A DNA stretch of 64,000 nucleotides from Vicugna vicugna (Eukaryota): NCBI GenBank assembly GCA_013265495.1, contig MU059972.1:1307525-1371524 (forward strand), read 5' to 3'. Below the pieces are notes generated by a model. The model had not been told where the DNA came from, searched no databases, and saw nothing but the letters and a program-made list of their open reading frames with translations. Numbering within the stretch: position 1 is the stretch's first letter; each line of letters begins with the position of its first letter. Positions 1 to 11,340 of the stretch are shown piece by piece. Both the position numbers and the translations under genes were made by a program.

Positions 1-479
1 TACTTAAATAAGGCCCCCATTCCGACCCCGGTGGGTCGGGGGACCCAGCCCCGCCTCCGGGCTTGGTCAGGAAAGCCGCCCCAAGATGCACATTGCACAA
101 AACAGGAGCTGCGCAGTCTGTCCCGGGCACATCGGAGCCTGGGTGCCGAGAGGGAAGACAGTGGCCACAGACACGTCGCAGGAAAAAAAGAAAGATTCGG
201 GCAGCGCTGAGAAGGCCCCGAGGAAGGAGGAAGCCCCTGAGCGCGCCATCAGCTCAGAGACCACAGACCGATGGCCGCCCACCGAGCCAGCCTGCTCTGG
301 GCGCCTGCTGCCCGTCCAGCACTTGGCACCTCCCCCAGGAAAGCAGGATGCCTTGCTTTTGCCTAAAGATGCCTCCAGACCGCGCTTGCTGCTGACTTGT
401 GGCGAGCCTGAACGCGCTGGCAGTCATCAGGAGACACGGACCGCCCCAGCTGCTCCAACCAAACTCCTGACGGAAGCAC

Positions 480-1340
480 TTCGCTCCCGACCCCCGACGG
501 CGCGGCGCGGGGAGCCTGCACTTACCCGGCGGCGGCCGCGGCGTGTCTGCGCGGGTCCTGCCCCGCGGCGCGGCCTCCCCGCCTCCTCGGCCCGGGTGCC
601 TGCGGAGAGCGGGGCGGCCGGCGCGGCCTCTCCCGCCGCCTCGCTCTCGCTCTCGCTGCAAGTCTCGAGTTCCGGCGGGCTGGGAGTCCCTCTCCCCTTC
701 GCGCGCACTTAACCCTGCTCTTGCCTGGTTCAGGCGGGTCGGAATGAAACCGCCTGGAGCTGGGAGGCCCGGGAGCGCGCCGGCCCCGCCTGGCTTCCCT
801 GCGGCTGCTCCTCCGGAGTAAACGGCACGCGTGTGGGGGGCGCCGAGGCGGCTCCAGGGCAGGGCCGGGTCCGCAGGCGGCGAGGGGCGCACCTGCCGCA
901 GGGCCTGGGGACACGCCCTCGGGGGTTACCAGCCGCAGGTGTCCCTGCCGGCTCCCGCTGGGGGCTTCCTTCACAGAGGGCGGCAGCGCGCGCCCGTCCC
1001 CAGCGCGCGGGGCCCGGCGGCCCCTCCGTCGGGTGTCGAGGGCTCCCACCCACCCGCGACCGCGGGCCCCGGACCTGCCCCTCTCCTCAGAGCCACCCCC
1101 TCCCCACAGCGGCCCGCCCGGCCACTCACCTCACGTCCGCCTCTCGAGAGCGGCCGGGGAAGCGGGGTTGAGCGCTCAGCCCGCCTTCAGCCCCTTCACC
1201 CCTGAAGCGGGTCCCGAGACCCCGCCCCGCGCCGCCCGGGGGTTCCATGGCGGACGCAGGAACAGGCGACAGCAGCGTCCCACTCAGGGCCGGCGGCCTG
1301 GGGCACCCGCCCGCCGAGAGCCCCCGGCCTCGCTCCCGCA
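480..1340. promoter_or_regulatory. CpG island / probable promoter of a minus-strand transcript leaving the window
   Basis: Very high GC and CpG density, GC boxes, and two consensus minus-strand 5' splice sites (CGG|GTAAGTG at 526/525; GAG|GTGAGTG at 1130/1129). Confidence 0.8.
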
Positions 1341-1344
1341 AGCG

Positions 1345-1533
1345 TGACACGCACGCACGCACGACACGCACGCTCACTCATGCCCACGCACGACACGGAC
1401 GCTCGCTCATGCTCACGCACGACACGCACGCATGACACGCACGCACGCATGACACACGCTCACTCATGCCCACGCACGACACGCACGCACGACACGGACG
1501 CTCACGCACGCATGCTCACACACACGCACCCAC
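1345..1533. repeat. CpG-rich minisatellite of CACG/GCAC/GACAC modules
   Basis: Degenerate tandem array (gcacgcacgacac...gctcactcatgcccacgcacgacacg) with about 17 CACGCA copies. Confidence 0.9.
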
Positions 1534-1834
1534 GTCCTTATCCCGTCTGACCGTGCGGAACTTGGGAGGCCATCTCGGTGCGCTCCCTGATCACACAAGG
1601 GTCACAGGACCCTCCCGACGTGTCCCCGGGCCTCAGGAATCCTCTCTCAGGAAGGCCCCTTCAGGAGCACCCTCTTAGCCATTAGATGGGGAGGCTGAAA
1701 AGACGCGCCCCCAAGCTTGGTTCTGATTCCTGCTTCCAGAACTCAGCTGACGCCCGAGAGCTCCAGTCGCACGTGGAGGAAAGGGGTGGCACCCCCTCAG
1801 CACCCACACCACGTGGCCGCGAGAGGCAGTAGGG

Positions 1835-2060
1835 TGCAGGGGTCAGACCCTGACTGCGGAGCCAGCTGGCTGGGTTCAAATGTGACTCCACCACTCACTG
1901 GCTGTGCTGCTTCAGGCAAGTTGCTTAACCTCTCTGAGCTTCAGTGTACACTTCAAGAAAACTCAGGCGATACTAGTACTTCTCTGGTGGGAATGCGGTT
2001 CGGGATTAAGTGACTTTTAACACACGTAACATTCTCGGAAGCACCATTACTGGAGCTCAA
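1835..2060 (+). mobile_element. MIR SINE
   Basis: ctgggttcaaat...ccactcactggctgtg...ggcaagttgcttaacctctctgagcttcagt matches the MIR core (recalled consensus). Confidence 0.8.
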
Positions 2061-2589
2061 AGGAGAGATACCGTCGTACCCTGGTCCTGTCGCTGGGCTC
2101 CCTGGGAAGCCCCGGAGTTCGAGCACTGAGAGGGCCCCAGGCACTCACTCTTGTGATGGTGCTGACCGTCCATCTGCTGACGTGTATCCGCAGCCCTGAA
2201 AACGCTGTGAACCTTCGCTGCTGTCACTCCGTGGGAGCTCCTTTACCAAGAAACCTCGGATCCGGGAAACATGTTCCAAGGATGCTAACTAACCGGAAAC
2301 AAAAGGCCCCCAGATGGAGGGCTGGTAACCTAGGAAACCCCGTGACATGGGCCAGCACGCGGCTCACGGACTGATGCCTGAGGGGCTTCCACCTCTGGGG
2401 GTTTATATCTGAATATAGCTTTGTAGATGTAATTTTAACAGATTCATAGATATTAATATACATATTTAGAATTCTATCTAGAGTAGACAAAATCAGGCCT
2501 CAAAGATGGAGGACCAATGCATTAAAATAAAACGTTTAGAATTTTAAAATTATGTTACCTAATGTCTAAGATGTTAAATCCTGAATGGC

Positions 2590-2775
2590 AGGGTAGGTGA
2601 GAGAAAAGCAGCAGAAAAAAACTGAAATCGCCCTGAACTTCAATGCTGGGAGTCCGGATGGCAGAATATACGTGTCTCTACCTTGTTCTTCCTACTTTTC
2701 CATGTTGTTGATGTTTTCTACAATGAGCAGGACTGCTTTTATAATCAGGAAACGGACATTTGTAAAATAAAAAGC
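2590..2775 (+). mobile_element. Old L1 (L1ME-like) 3' end fragment
   Basis: ttttctacaatgagcaggactgcttttataatcagg...aaaataaaa resembles L1ME 3' terminus. Confidence 0.5.
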
Positions 2776-5700
2776 CAACTCGGGCCTCCTCTTGGTCTTC
2801 GGGCACCGCCTCTGCCTCTGAAGTGTCACTCATTGCTCCCACTCCCCCCTGCCGCCCCGACTTGTCACCCCAACTCCTGCTGCTGCAGGTCCTGCGTCCT
2901 GCCTCGCGAGATGTCAGTAGTGCCACCCCCACCCCCCATCCACGACAACCACCAGTGTCCCCTGGGGGGCAGAATCACCCCATTGAGAACCGCAGGGTCC
3001 TCCTAGGACCCACCCTTGGCCCTCTGTTCGCTGGCAAGGCTCAGGCACCCGTGGCTCGGGGGAAAGTGACTCCACCAGCCCTGCTGTGAGCCAGGGAGGA
3101 AGCAGGGCAGGCTGGGGGCCCCTGCAGGCTCTCGGGCAGTCCCAGGCTGGGGGCCTGGTCCCGGAGATAAAGCCACCTGTCCTGGGCCACCGAGCTCCAC
3201 CTGCAGGATCTGTGATGAACCCCCAAAACGACAAAACGGGCCTGATGGCAGCCACACCCACGGCGCCGAGATCATCCCTGAAATGGCGGGGCAGTTGGGG
3301 CTGGGCTCGGGGGTCCTGAAGCGGCCCCAGGCCTCTGGCCCAGCCACTGTGAGGTACTTGCTCAGGCAAACTGCACCCTGGGGCAGACAGAGAGAGCCTG
3401 GGACTCCTCGAAGAGGCTTCAACCCATGCCCACTCAGCCTGGCCAGGAGCCAGAGCCCCTGTGTGGTCACACCCAGAGGTCGTTGCAGGGAGCAGGGCCA
3501 GCGCCGGAGTGGCAAGGGGGCTGAGCCCTTGGCTCACCTCCTCCTGACAGCCTGGCTGGGCCGGCAAGTGCTGGGCAGGGGCAGCACGGGCCTCCTAGGT
3601 CCATTTCCCAAGACAGGGAGGCCTGGAGAGGCTGTGTTTGTCCAGCAGGTCCAGCTCCGGGGCTTTAGGGCGGCCCAGGGCTTGGGCAAAGTATGGTGTA
3701 TTTGGGGGTCAGGAGCCCACAGGCCAAGGGACAGCACACAGGAAACGAGGTGACAGCCAGACACACTGCCCATGTTCCAGGCCCACATCCCTCGTGCCTC
3801 CCGCTGGGCCCTTCGCCACCCGGCGCCTGTGAACCAGGGGGTTGGATACTAGATGGAGGAGAAAGCCAGGTTGTGAGGCTGACAGTTTACGTAACTTTGG
3901 GGGATTCTTTTCAAGAAAGACAGGACCACGGACCCGGGCCCTGTGCAGCGGGGAGCGCTTGGCTCCCGCTCTGCCGGATGTTGCAGCGTCTCCTGCATCC
4001 AGGATGGCTGGTGGCGGCTCTGTTCTCCCAAAAGAGACAGCAAACCCGTAAATACATTCCACCAAACCCCAGTGCTACGTGTCCCCTGCCCGCTGCCCCT
4101 GGGCCGGGGTCCCAGACGCACCGGAGCCTCTGCAGGAGGGGAGGGGTGATGGGGGTGCGTGATGGTGGTTATAACCCGATGCAGCGAAGACCCCACCCCG
4201 CAAACTTGATGGAAGTTCACCGCTGGCCATGGGAGTACACGGTGAGGGCCCCTTCCTGGGCCTCAGGAGGGCTGGAGCTGGGCAGGCACCTCACCTGGGT
4301 CAGGCAGAGGCTCAGGCAGCACCTAACACTGCGTGGGCAGCAGGGCAGCAGGGCCATCTGCGGCCAGTCCTGCCAGCTCTGCCTACCTGGGTTTCCAGCC
4401 AGGTTCCACGGTGGCACCTGAGCAGCAGTGCCCTCCAGGAACCCCAGACCACCATCCAGCTGTGCAGGCGAGCCACTCTTCTTCTCTCCCTCAGCCTCCT
4501 CTGGGCATCATGACTGATGAGGGAGCAGCTGACCTAGAGATCCAGCCTGGGCGTCCGGGTCCTCACGGAACAAACCCAGCAGTGGAGTGACACCATGACA
4601 ATCACAGCCACAACCTGGCAGCCGCGATAACCACGATGACCCTCGCTGCCCTTGCATCTGACCTTTCACACTCTGGCTCCCCTTCTCCTCCCGCACAACT
4701 GGGAGGAAGAGAAGGAGCCAAGCCTGAGCTGGAAACACTCAGATCTGGGTTCTCTGGGCACATCCCGCTCCTGACAGAGGCCGGCCCAGGGCCGCTACTC
4801 CCCCAGGCGCAGGGAGGGCGAGCGGGCGGGCAGAGCGCAGGCTCTGTGTGATCTGGCACTGTCTTAGAAAGTGGGTGGTGGGGCTGAAGGGTCTTTGATG
4901 CTGCCGGGGTGGGAACTAGAGCTTGACTCCGATCCGAATTTTATGGAAGAGGGAATGGCTGAGAGGAGGCAGGGTTCGCCCAGGGCCCCGCTCAGCCTCC
5001 TGTCTCGTCCAGGCGCCTGGCACGCAGCCCTGACTGGGAGTCACCAGGGAACCTCAAGGCTGACGGACCACCCTGGGCCCAAGCGGGGGGCCGAGGGCTC
5101 TGCTCGAGGCAGCACACTGCATGCCTCTCCTCCCGGGGCCCGCGGTCGTGCAGGAGCAAGCTGGATGCAGTCCCTCCTCCTGACAGACTGGGAAACGGAA
5201 CCGGGCCATGGTGACCGCTCAGCGACTTCAGATGGCTGGGTTGAGTGGGACAGTGGGGACAAACCCTGATGAAACGAGAGTCAGTGGGGACAGAGAGGGG
5301 ACAAAGAGAAGGCCCGCCCCGGTGAGGAGGTGCGGTGCAGGCGGGCCAAAACCAGATCTTCTAAGTATGGGGTTTTGGTAGGTGAGCGACAGCGGGGCCC
5401 AGAGCAGCTGAGGGTACTTCCAAGGGAGCAAAGGGGGCCCGGCCGACCATGGAGTCAAGCTGTGCGAGGAGGGAAGAGAGGGTGCCAGTGGGCTGTGTAG
5501 CTCCTGGGTGGGAAGGGGTCCCGGGCTCAGGATATCGGGGGCCTGGGCCAAAAGCAAGGGGCCACTGGAGCCAGGACAACAGGGCACCTGGTGACCCGTC
5601 AACGTGGGACAGGCCTCCCTCAGGCCTTTCCTACACCCTGCGGGAACAGTTCACGGTTCTTTCCCATAAACATCGTGTGTATCTCTAACTGGATTTGTTT

Positions 5701-6419
5701 CTCGCTATTTTACATATTTGAAGGCTACTTGAATGAAGGCTTTTTAAAATTTCATTTTTAAGTGACTGCTGACGGCAGGCAGACATGAAATAACACTTCG
5801 TATGCTGGTTTTGACCCCAAACCTTGCTAAGCTCTCCACGGTCCCGATAACTGAACTTTGGAAATTGTTTGGAATCCTCTAGAACACCATGGCATCGCCC
5901 CCTTCCACCCACAAAGCCTTGTGTCTCCTTCTCTCCCACAGCTCGGGAGGCCTCCGGCAGGACGCCGAGCCAAGCTCCCGGAGGCGCATCCGGCCGGCGG
6001 CTGGCGGCACGCTTGGGCGGGGGCCCTTGATCAGGCTGAGGAAGCGCCCTCGTATTTCTAGTGTGCTGAGTCTTCGGGTTTTGCTCTTGGCATTTTGAAT
6101 GGAGGCTGAATCGTATCAAAGCTGGCTCTGCTTCTGCTGAGACGACCCTGCGACTCTCCCCTTAATCCCCCGCCGTGGTGAGTCACGTCGGTGACGTCCT
6201 CCGGTGAGACACTCCCGAGCTGAACACACGTGGGCGCGTGGAAGCCGGAGCACTGACCGCGCTTGTGCTGGGAGCCTGCTTAGGGAGCGAAGCTACTGGA
6301 TACGAAACATCTCAAGCACGATGTGCCGTCAGCACCAGCAAGTCAGGCGGCCAGCGGTCTCCTGTCTGTGCGCCGCCGGATCTGATTTGCTACCATTCTG
6401 CTCGGAATTTTTTTCCTCT

Positions 6420-6750
6420 GAGTAAGACTGTTCTGTCATTTTCTCTAGTTATGTTTCTAGGTTTTGACGGCAAAGATACACTGGCCTCATAAAACGCACT
6501 GGGGAATGTTCCATCTCTATTTTCTGGAAGAGTTTGTGAAAGAACGGAACGATTCCTTCCGTTTGGCAGAACATTCTTCATTTTGGGTGTCTTATTCTGC
6601 CCTGTTTTCCAGGTCACCAATGGTCTCCTCAGCTCTGCCTGGCCTGCTACAACACCTATATACTGAATTCTTAATTTTGATGACGCTATTAAAGCTGTAG
6701 AATTACCATTTGATACTTTTTAAGTTTCCAGGTCCCTGTCTAAATGCTCA
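6420..6750 (-). mobile_element. Old L1 fragments (ORF2 and 5' region), antisense
   Basis: ggttttgacggcaaagatacactggcctcataaaacgcactggggaatgttccatctctattttctggaagagtttgtg resembles antisense L1 ORF2. Confidence 0.65.
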
Positions 6751-7789
6751 GTGTTCCAGGCAGACCGAGCACCTGGGACGACCCGACCCCAGCGCTGCGA
6801 GGCCCGCTCCTGCTGTCTGCCGTCAGGCTGGTTTCGCCTGTGTCACTTTCTCTCGTTTGCCTGACTATTTGTGACCGTGTGCTGGACAGTGTACACACAA
6901 AACTGCCCGTAGACTGAACTCCACATCATCCTTCCGCCCGTGAGCATCAGCATCTGCTTTGCCAGGGAGGCCCAGGGCGCAGCCATTTGTGGTGCCCCCT
7001 CCCCTCCCCCCACCAAAGGGTCCACTGGGGCCCTCCGCCCTCACGCTGCAAGGCTGGTGAAAGCACAGCATAGCCACTCAGTCGCCACCTGCTGGATCTA
7101 CAGCCGACTGGGAGGAAAAGGGACCCCAGCCGCCCACCCTGTTCCTGCACTCCCGCCCGACCTGGACCCTGCCCAGTAACCCTGCCTCCTGGCAACTTCA
7201 AGCTCGTTCTGTAACTTCAGCCGGCCACTCTGTTGTCTCGAGGAGAGCTGTCTGCACACCAAGCTGAGGCCCCATCCTGTGCCTCTTCCCTTCCCGCCTT
7301 CTTTAGGATGGACTGGTGACTCTTCCTAATGGTTCATTTAGTTGGTAAGCTGTATGTACTCTTTCCAGTCTTTTGATGGACAAGGAATTACAGCTTAATG
7401 GACCAAAGTCCAAACGTATCAGTTTCCCACCGTCCTCCCTCACACACTACTTCTTCTTCTCCCTTTAGGCCCCGCAGACACTGCTTTCTTCCACGGAGTC
7501 AAGTCCCCACACCGCTCACAAGTTTACCACTTTCTCTGCACTGCCCTCTCCCTGCATCTCAGACCCTCCATCTGGGACCACTTTCCTTCTGCCAGAAGCA
7601 CCATCTTTAAAACGTTTAGTGCAGGTCTACTGACAGCAAACGTGTTTGCCCTTTGTGTGTTTTATTTAAAACAACAACGCTTTTTAATTGAAGAGTGACA
7701 AGAGAAGGGCACGAATCGTAGCATAGCCTCCCATCAAGCAAGTGCACAGAGATGAGGAGCCGTGAAGACGCAGCTCTGCCCCTCACCAC

Positions 7790-9060
7790 CGTGTTTCTGT
7801 GCACTAACAATGGACTACCTGAAACAGAAATAAATAAAACAATCTCATTTACAATGGCATCAAAAACAATAAAGTATTTAGGAATAAATTTAACCAAGTA
7901 GGCGAAAGATCTGTAAATTAAAAAGTTGTAAGACATGGATGAAAGAAGTCGAAGACTCAAACAAATGGAAAGATATCCCGTGTTCATGGATCAGNNNNNN
8001 NNNNNNNNNNNNNNNNNNNNNNNNNNNNNNNNNNNNNNNNNNNNNNNNNNNNNNNNNNNNNNNNNNNNNNNNNNNNNNNNNNNNNNNNNNNNNNNNNNNN
8101 NNNNNNNNNNNNNNNNNNNNNNNNNNNNNNNNNNNNNNNNNNNNGCATTCTTAAGAACAAAAAACAAAAGATGGAGGCATCACACGTCTGGATTGCGAAC
8201 TGTGTTACAAAGCCAAAGTAATCAAAACAGCATGGCACTGGCATAAAAACAAACATAGACCAATGAAACAAAACCGAGAGCCCAGAATGAAACCCATACA
8301 TACATGGTCAACTTATATTTAACAAGGGAACCAAGCTATTCAATGGGGAAAGAGTAGAGTCTTCAGTACGTGGTGCCGGGGGAACTGGATATTCACATGA
8401 AAAAGAATGAAGCTGGACCCCTGTCTTACACCACTCACAAAAACGAACTCAAAATGGATTTAAGGCTTAAATGTGAGGCGTGAAACCATAAAACTCCTGA
8501 AAGAAAACAGAAAAAGCTCCTTGACACTGGTCTTGGGAGCAGTTTTCGCACATGGCACAGAGCATAAGTGAGTGAGTGGGACCACGTCTGACGAACAAGC
8601 TCTGCACAGCAACGGAAGTAACCAACAGAGTGAAATGCAGCCCGCAGAAGGGAGGATGCATCTGCAAGCCAGCCATCTGATGAGGGGTTAATGTGCAAAG
8701 TACACAAGGAATTCACGCAGCTCCACAGCAAAAAGACAAATCACCCAATGGAAAAACGGGCAAAGACTGGAGCAGGCATTTTCCCAAAGACACACGACGG
8801 CCGTGAAAAGATGCCCAACATCCCTAATTATTAGGGGGCACAAATCAGAACCACAGTGAGATGTCACCTCACACCTATCGGAATGGCAATCACAAGAAAG
8901 ATTAAAAAAGAAAAGCGCTGGGGAGGATGTGGGGGGGGCTCCTGGGGAGGATGTAAATGGGTGCAGCCCCTGTGGAGAGCACTATGAAGGGTTCTCCAGA
9001 AATTAAGCCAGGGCCACCACATGGTCCAGCAGTGCCACTTCAGGGAATATGCCTGAAGGA
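7790..9060 (+). mobile_element. L1 ORF2 3' portion (degenerate), spanning the assembly gap
   Basis: aaatggaaagatatcccgtgttcatggat, ggcactggcataaaaacaaacatagaccaatg and gctggacccctgtcttacaccactcacaaaa are L1 ORF2 hallmarks; stops and frameshifts present. Confidence 0.9.
7995..8144. other. Assembly gap (150 N)
   Basis: Run of N in the sequence. Confidence 1.
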
Positions 9061-10036
9061 GACACAAAGTCTTCTCTAAGCACAGCTTCGGACGTGTTCC
9101 ACAAGTGTTGATACGTCAGTTTGTCATACTGAATTGTCCACTAGAAACATCTTCCCATTTTGATCTACGTGACCTTTTTCGTGGTCTGGCACGTGGCTGA
9201 CCTGGACAAAGCTCCAAAGAGCAGCGCGAAGAACAGAGCGCGAGCTCCGTGGCTGCAAGATGCAGCTCCATACGCCGACGGCGTCAAGGGAGCCCGTCAC
9301 GCCATCTGGACGTCACACATCTTACCGATTCTTTACATGCTGTGTTTCTTAAACATTTGTCATAAACACTGACTTTGATGTCTTAAAATTGTACAGTATC
9401 TTGATCTTTTTCCTCCAGGGAAAGATGCCCAACATCCCTAATTATTAGGGGGCACAAATCAGAACCACAGTGAGATGTCACCTCACACCTATCGGAATGG
9501 CGATCACAAGAAAGATTAAAAAAGAAAAGCGCTGGGGAGGATGTGGGGGGGGGGCTCCTGGGGAGGATGTAAATGGGTGCAGCCCCTGTGGAGAGCACTA
9601 TGAAGGGTTCTCCAGAAATTAAGCCAGGGCCACCACATGGTCCAGCAGTGCCACTTCAGGGAATATGCCTGAAGGAGACACAAAGTCTTCTCTAAGCACA
9701 GCTTCGGACGTGTTCCACAAGTGTTGATACGTCAGTTTGTCATACTGAATTGTCCACTAGAAACATCTTCCCATTTTGATCTACGTGACCTTTTTCGTGG
9801 TCTGGCACGTGGCTGACCTGGACAAAGCTCCAAAGAGCAGCGCGAAGAACAGAGCGCGAGCTCCGTGGCTGCAAGATGCAGCTCCATACGCCGACGGCGT
9901 CAAGGGAGCCCGTCACGCCATCTGGACGTCACACATCTTACCGATTCTTTACATGCTGTGTTTCTTAAACATTTGTCATAAACACTGACTTTGATGTCTT
10001 AAAATTGTACAGTATCTTGATCTTTTTCCTCCAGGG
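8807..10036. repeat. Head-to-tail tandem duplication, 614 bp + 616 bp
   Basis: 8807-9420 is repeated at 9421-10036; differences seen are one A/G change (ggcaatc vs ggcgatc) and a G8 vs G10 run; identical 70-aa ORFs at 9160 and 9776. Confidence 0.95.
9065..9400 (-). mobile_element. Old L1 ORF2 endonuclease-region fragment, antisense (second copy at about 9681-10016)
   Basis: ttctctaagcacagcttcggacgtgttccacaagtgttgatacgtc resembles antisense L1M EN region. Confidence 0.5.
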
Positions 10037-10067
10037 TAAGAAAAGGGGGCTTTAAAACAATTTAGAA

Positions 10068-10220
10068 GGGGGAGGGTATAGTTCAGGTGGTGGAGCGCAT
10101 GCTTAGCATGCATGAGGTCCTGGGTTCAATCCCCAGTATCTCCTCTAAAAATAAATAAAATAAACAGACCTAATTACCTCCCCCCACAAATAAATAAATT
10201 TTAAAAATTAAAAAAAAAAA
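10068..10220 (+). mobile_element. tRNA-derived SINE, camelid Vic-1-like
   Basis: gggggagggtatagttcaggtggtggagcgcatgcttagcatgcatgaggtcctgggttcaatccccag (A and B boxes), then acctaattacctcccc and an A-rich tail. Confidence 0.88.
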
Positions 10221-10494
10221 TCAACTTAAAAAAAATGTAGCTCCTTTCCTGAGCAGTATTTTCCAGTATTTTATCATTTCTAAAAATGTCAGTGTGAGGC
10301 ATCTTACACAGAGCACCGGATACACCTGCGGGCTCACTGCTGTTTCTTCCCCACTCCATCTGCTCTGAACACCTCCTCCTGGGTCCCTATTCCTGCTTTT
10401 GAAGAAACTGCCTTTCAAGTACCTTTGCAGGAGGGATCACGTGCAGATAACACCTTTACTGTTTGAAAATGGTTTCTGAAACGTTTCCCAATTC

Positions 10495-11060
10495 TTTATT
10501 TTTAGTAACTTTGAGATATAATTTACATACCAAAAAATCCCCCTTTCGAGTACGCAATTCAGTGACTTTTAGTCAATCTACAGAGTTGCGCCAACATCAC
10601 CACTAATTCCAGAACATTTTCATCCCTTCAAAAAGAAAACCTGTGAAACAACAAAACATTTAAAAATAAATAAAAAACAAAAAGAAACCCATATGCGTTA
10701 AGTCACTCCCCTCTTCCCCTCCTCCCACCCCGGCAACCCCTCATCTGCTTCGTGTCCATGGATTTGCGGGTTCTGGACGTTCCCTGTAAACAGGACCCAT
10801 CTGTGTTCCAGGTTTGCCCACTGCAGGGCGTGGCGGGACTGCCCTCCTCTCCACAGCTGAGCCACACTGTTGTGTGGATGGACCACAGGTTGCTTACCCC
10901 TCCACCACTGATGACGCTCAGCTGTTTCCACTCCTGGCTCCACGAACAGTGCCGCCTGAACGCTGCTGTGCATGTGCATGTGCATGTGGACGCGAGCTTT
11001 CAGTCCTCCCGGGTGCACACCAGGGAGGGGAACTGCTGGTCAAACGGGAACCTCAACACC
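10495..11060 (-). mobile_element. L1MB-like 3' end, antisense
   Basis: ttgagatataatttacatac...caacatcaccactaattccagaacattttcatc...ggcaacccctcatctgcttcgtgtccatggatttg matches L1MB 3' UTR. Confidence 0.8.
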
Positions 11061-11184
11061 TGTTCCACTGAAGGTGCTGTGCAGAGAACCCCGTCTCTCT
11101 CAGCGCCTTGTTGGCTCCACCTCTGCTGCTGACGCCCAGTGGGTGCTGGGAGTCGGCCTCGGTTCCCTCCTCCCGATGTGGGTG

Positions 11185-11340
11185 GGCCATCCTTCCTCTC
11201 TGGCTGCTTTTAGACTATCTTTGCCTTTAATGCCCTGCGTGTGTCCGGCTATGGCTTCCTTTTTACTTCTACTTGAGATGTATTCCACCTCCTGAATCCT
11301 TTGTGCGTCTCTCCTCCCAGGATTCCAGACACAAGTTAAC
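11185..11340 (-). mobile_element. Old L1 5'/ORF1-region fragment, antisense
   Basis: ctctctggctgcttttagactatctttgcctttaatg...tgtgtccggctatggcttcctttttacttctacttgag. Confidence 0.45.

Noticed and set aside
22-39. Perfect 7-bp GC hairpin CCGACCC-CGGT-GGGTCGG
   Set aside because: Short; expected by chance in GC-rich sequence; no RNA-gene context
1345-1533. CRISPR-like or other spacer array
   Set aside because: Mammalian DNA; degenerate short modules without unique spacers
9160-9988. Two identical 70-aa ORFs suggesting a duplicated small gene
   Set aside because: Produced by the tandem duplication of L1-derived sequence; non-ATG start
10068-10140. tRNA gene
   Set aside because: The tRNA-like head continues into a SINE body and A-rich tail, with no intact acceptor stem or T-run terminator; same for 29338
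6420-11340. Single nested full-length antisense L1 interrupted by a sense L1
   Set aside because: Fragment order (ORF2, 5' region, EN, 3' UTR, 5' region) is not colinear, so multiple independent insertions are more likely
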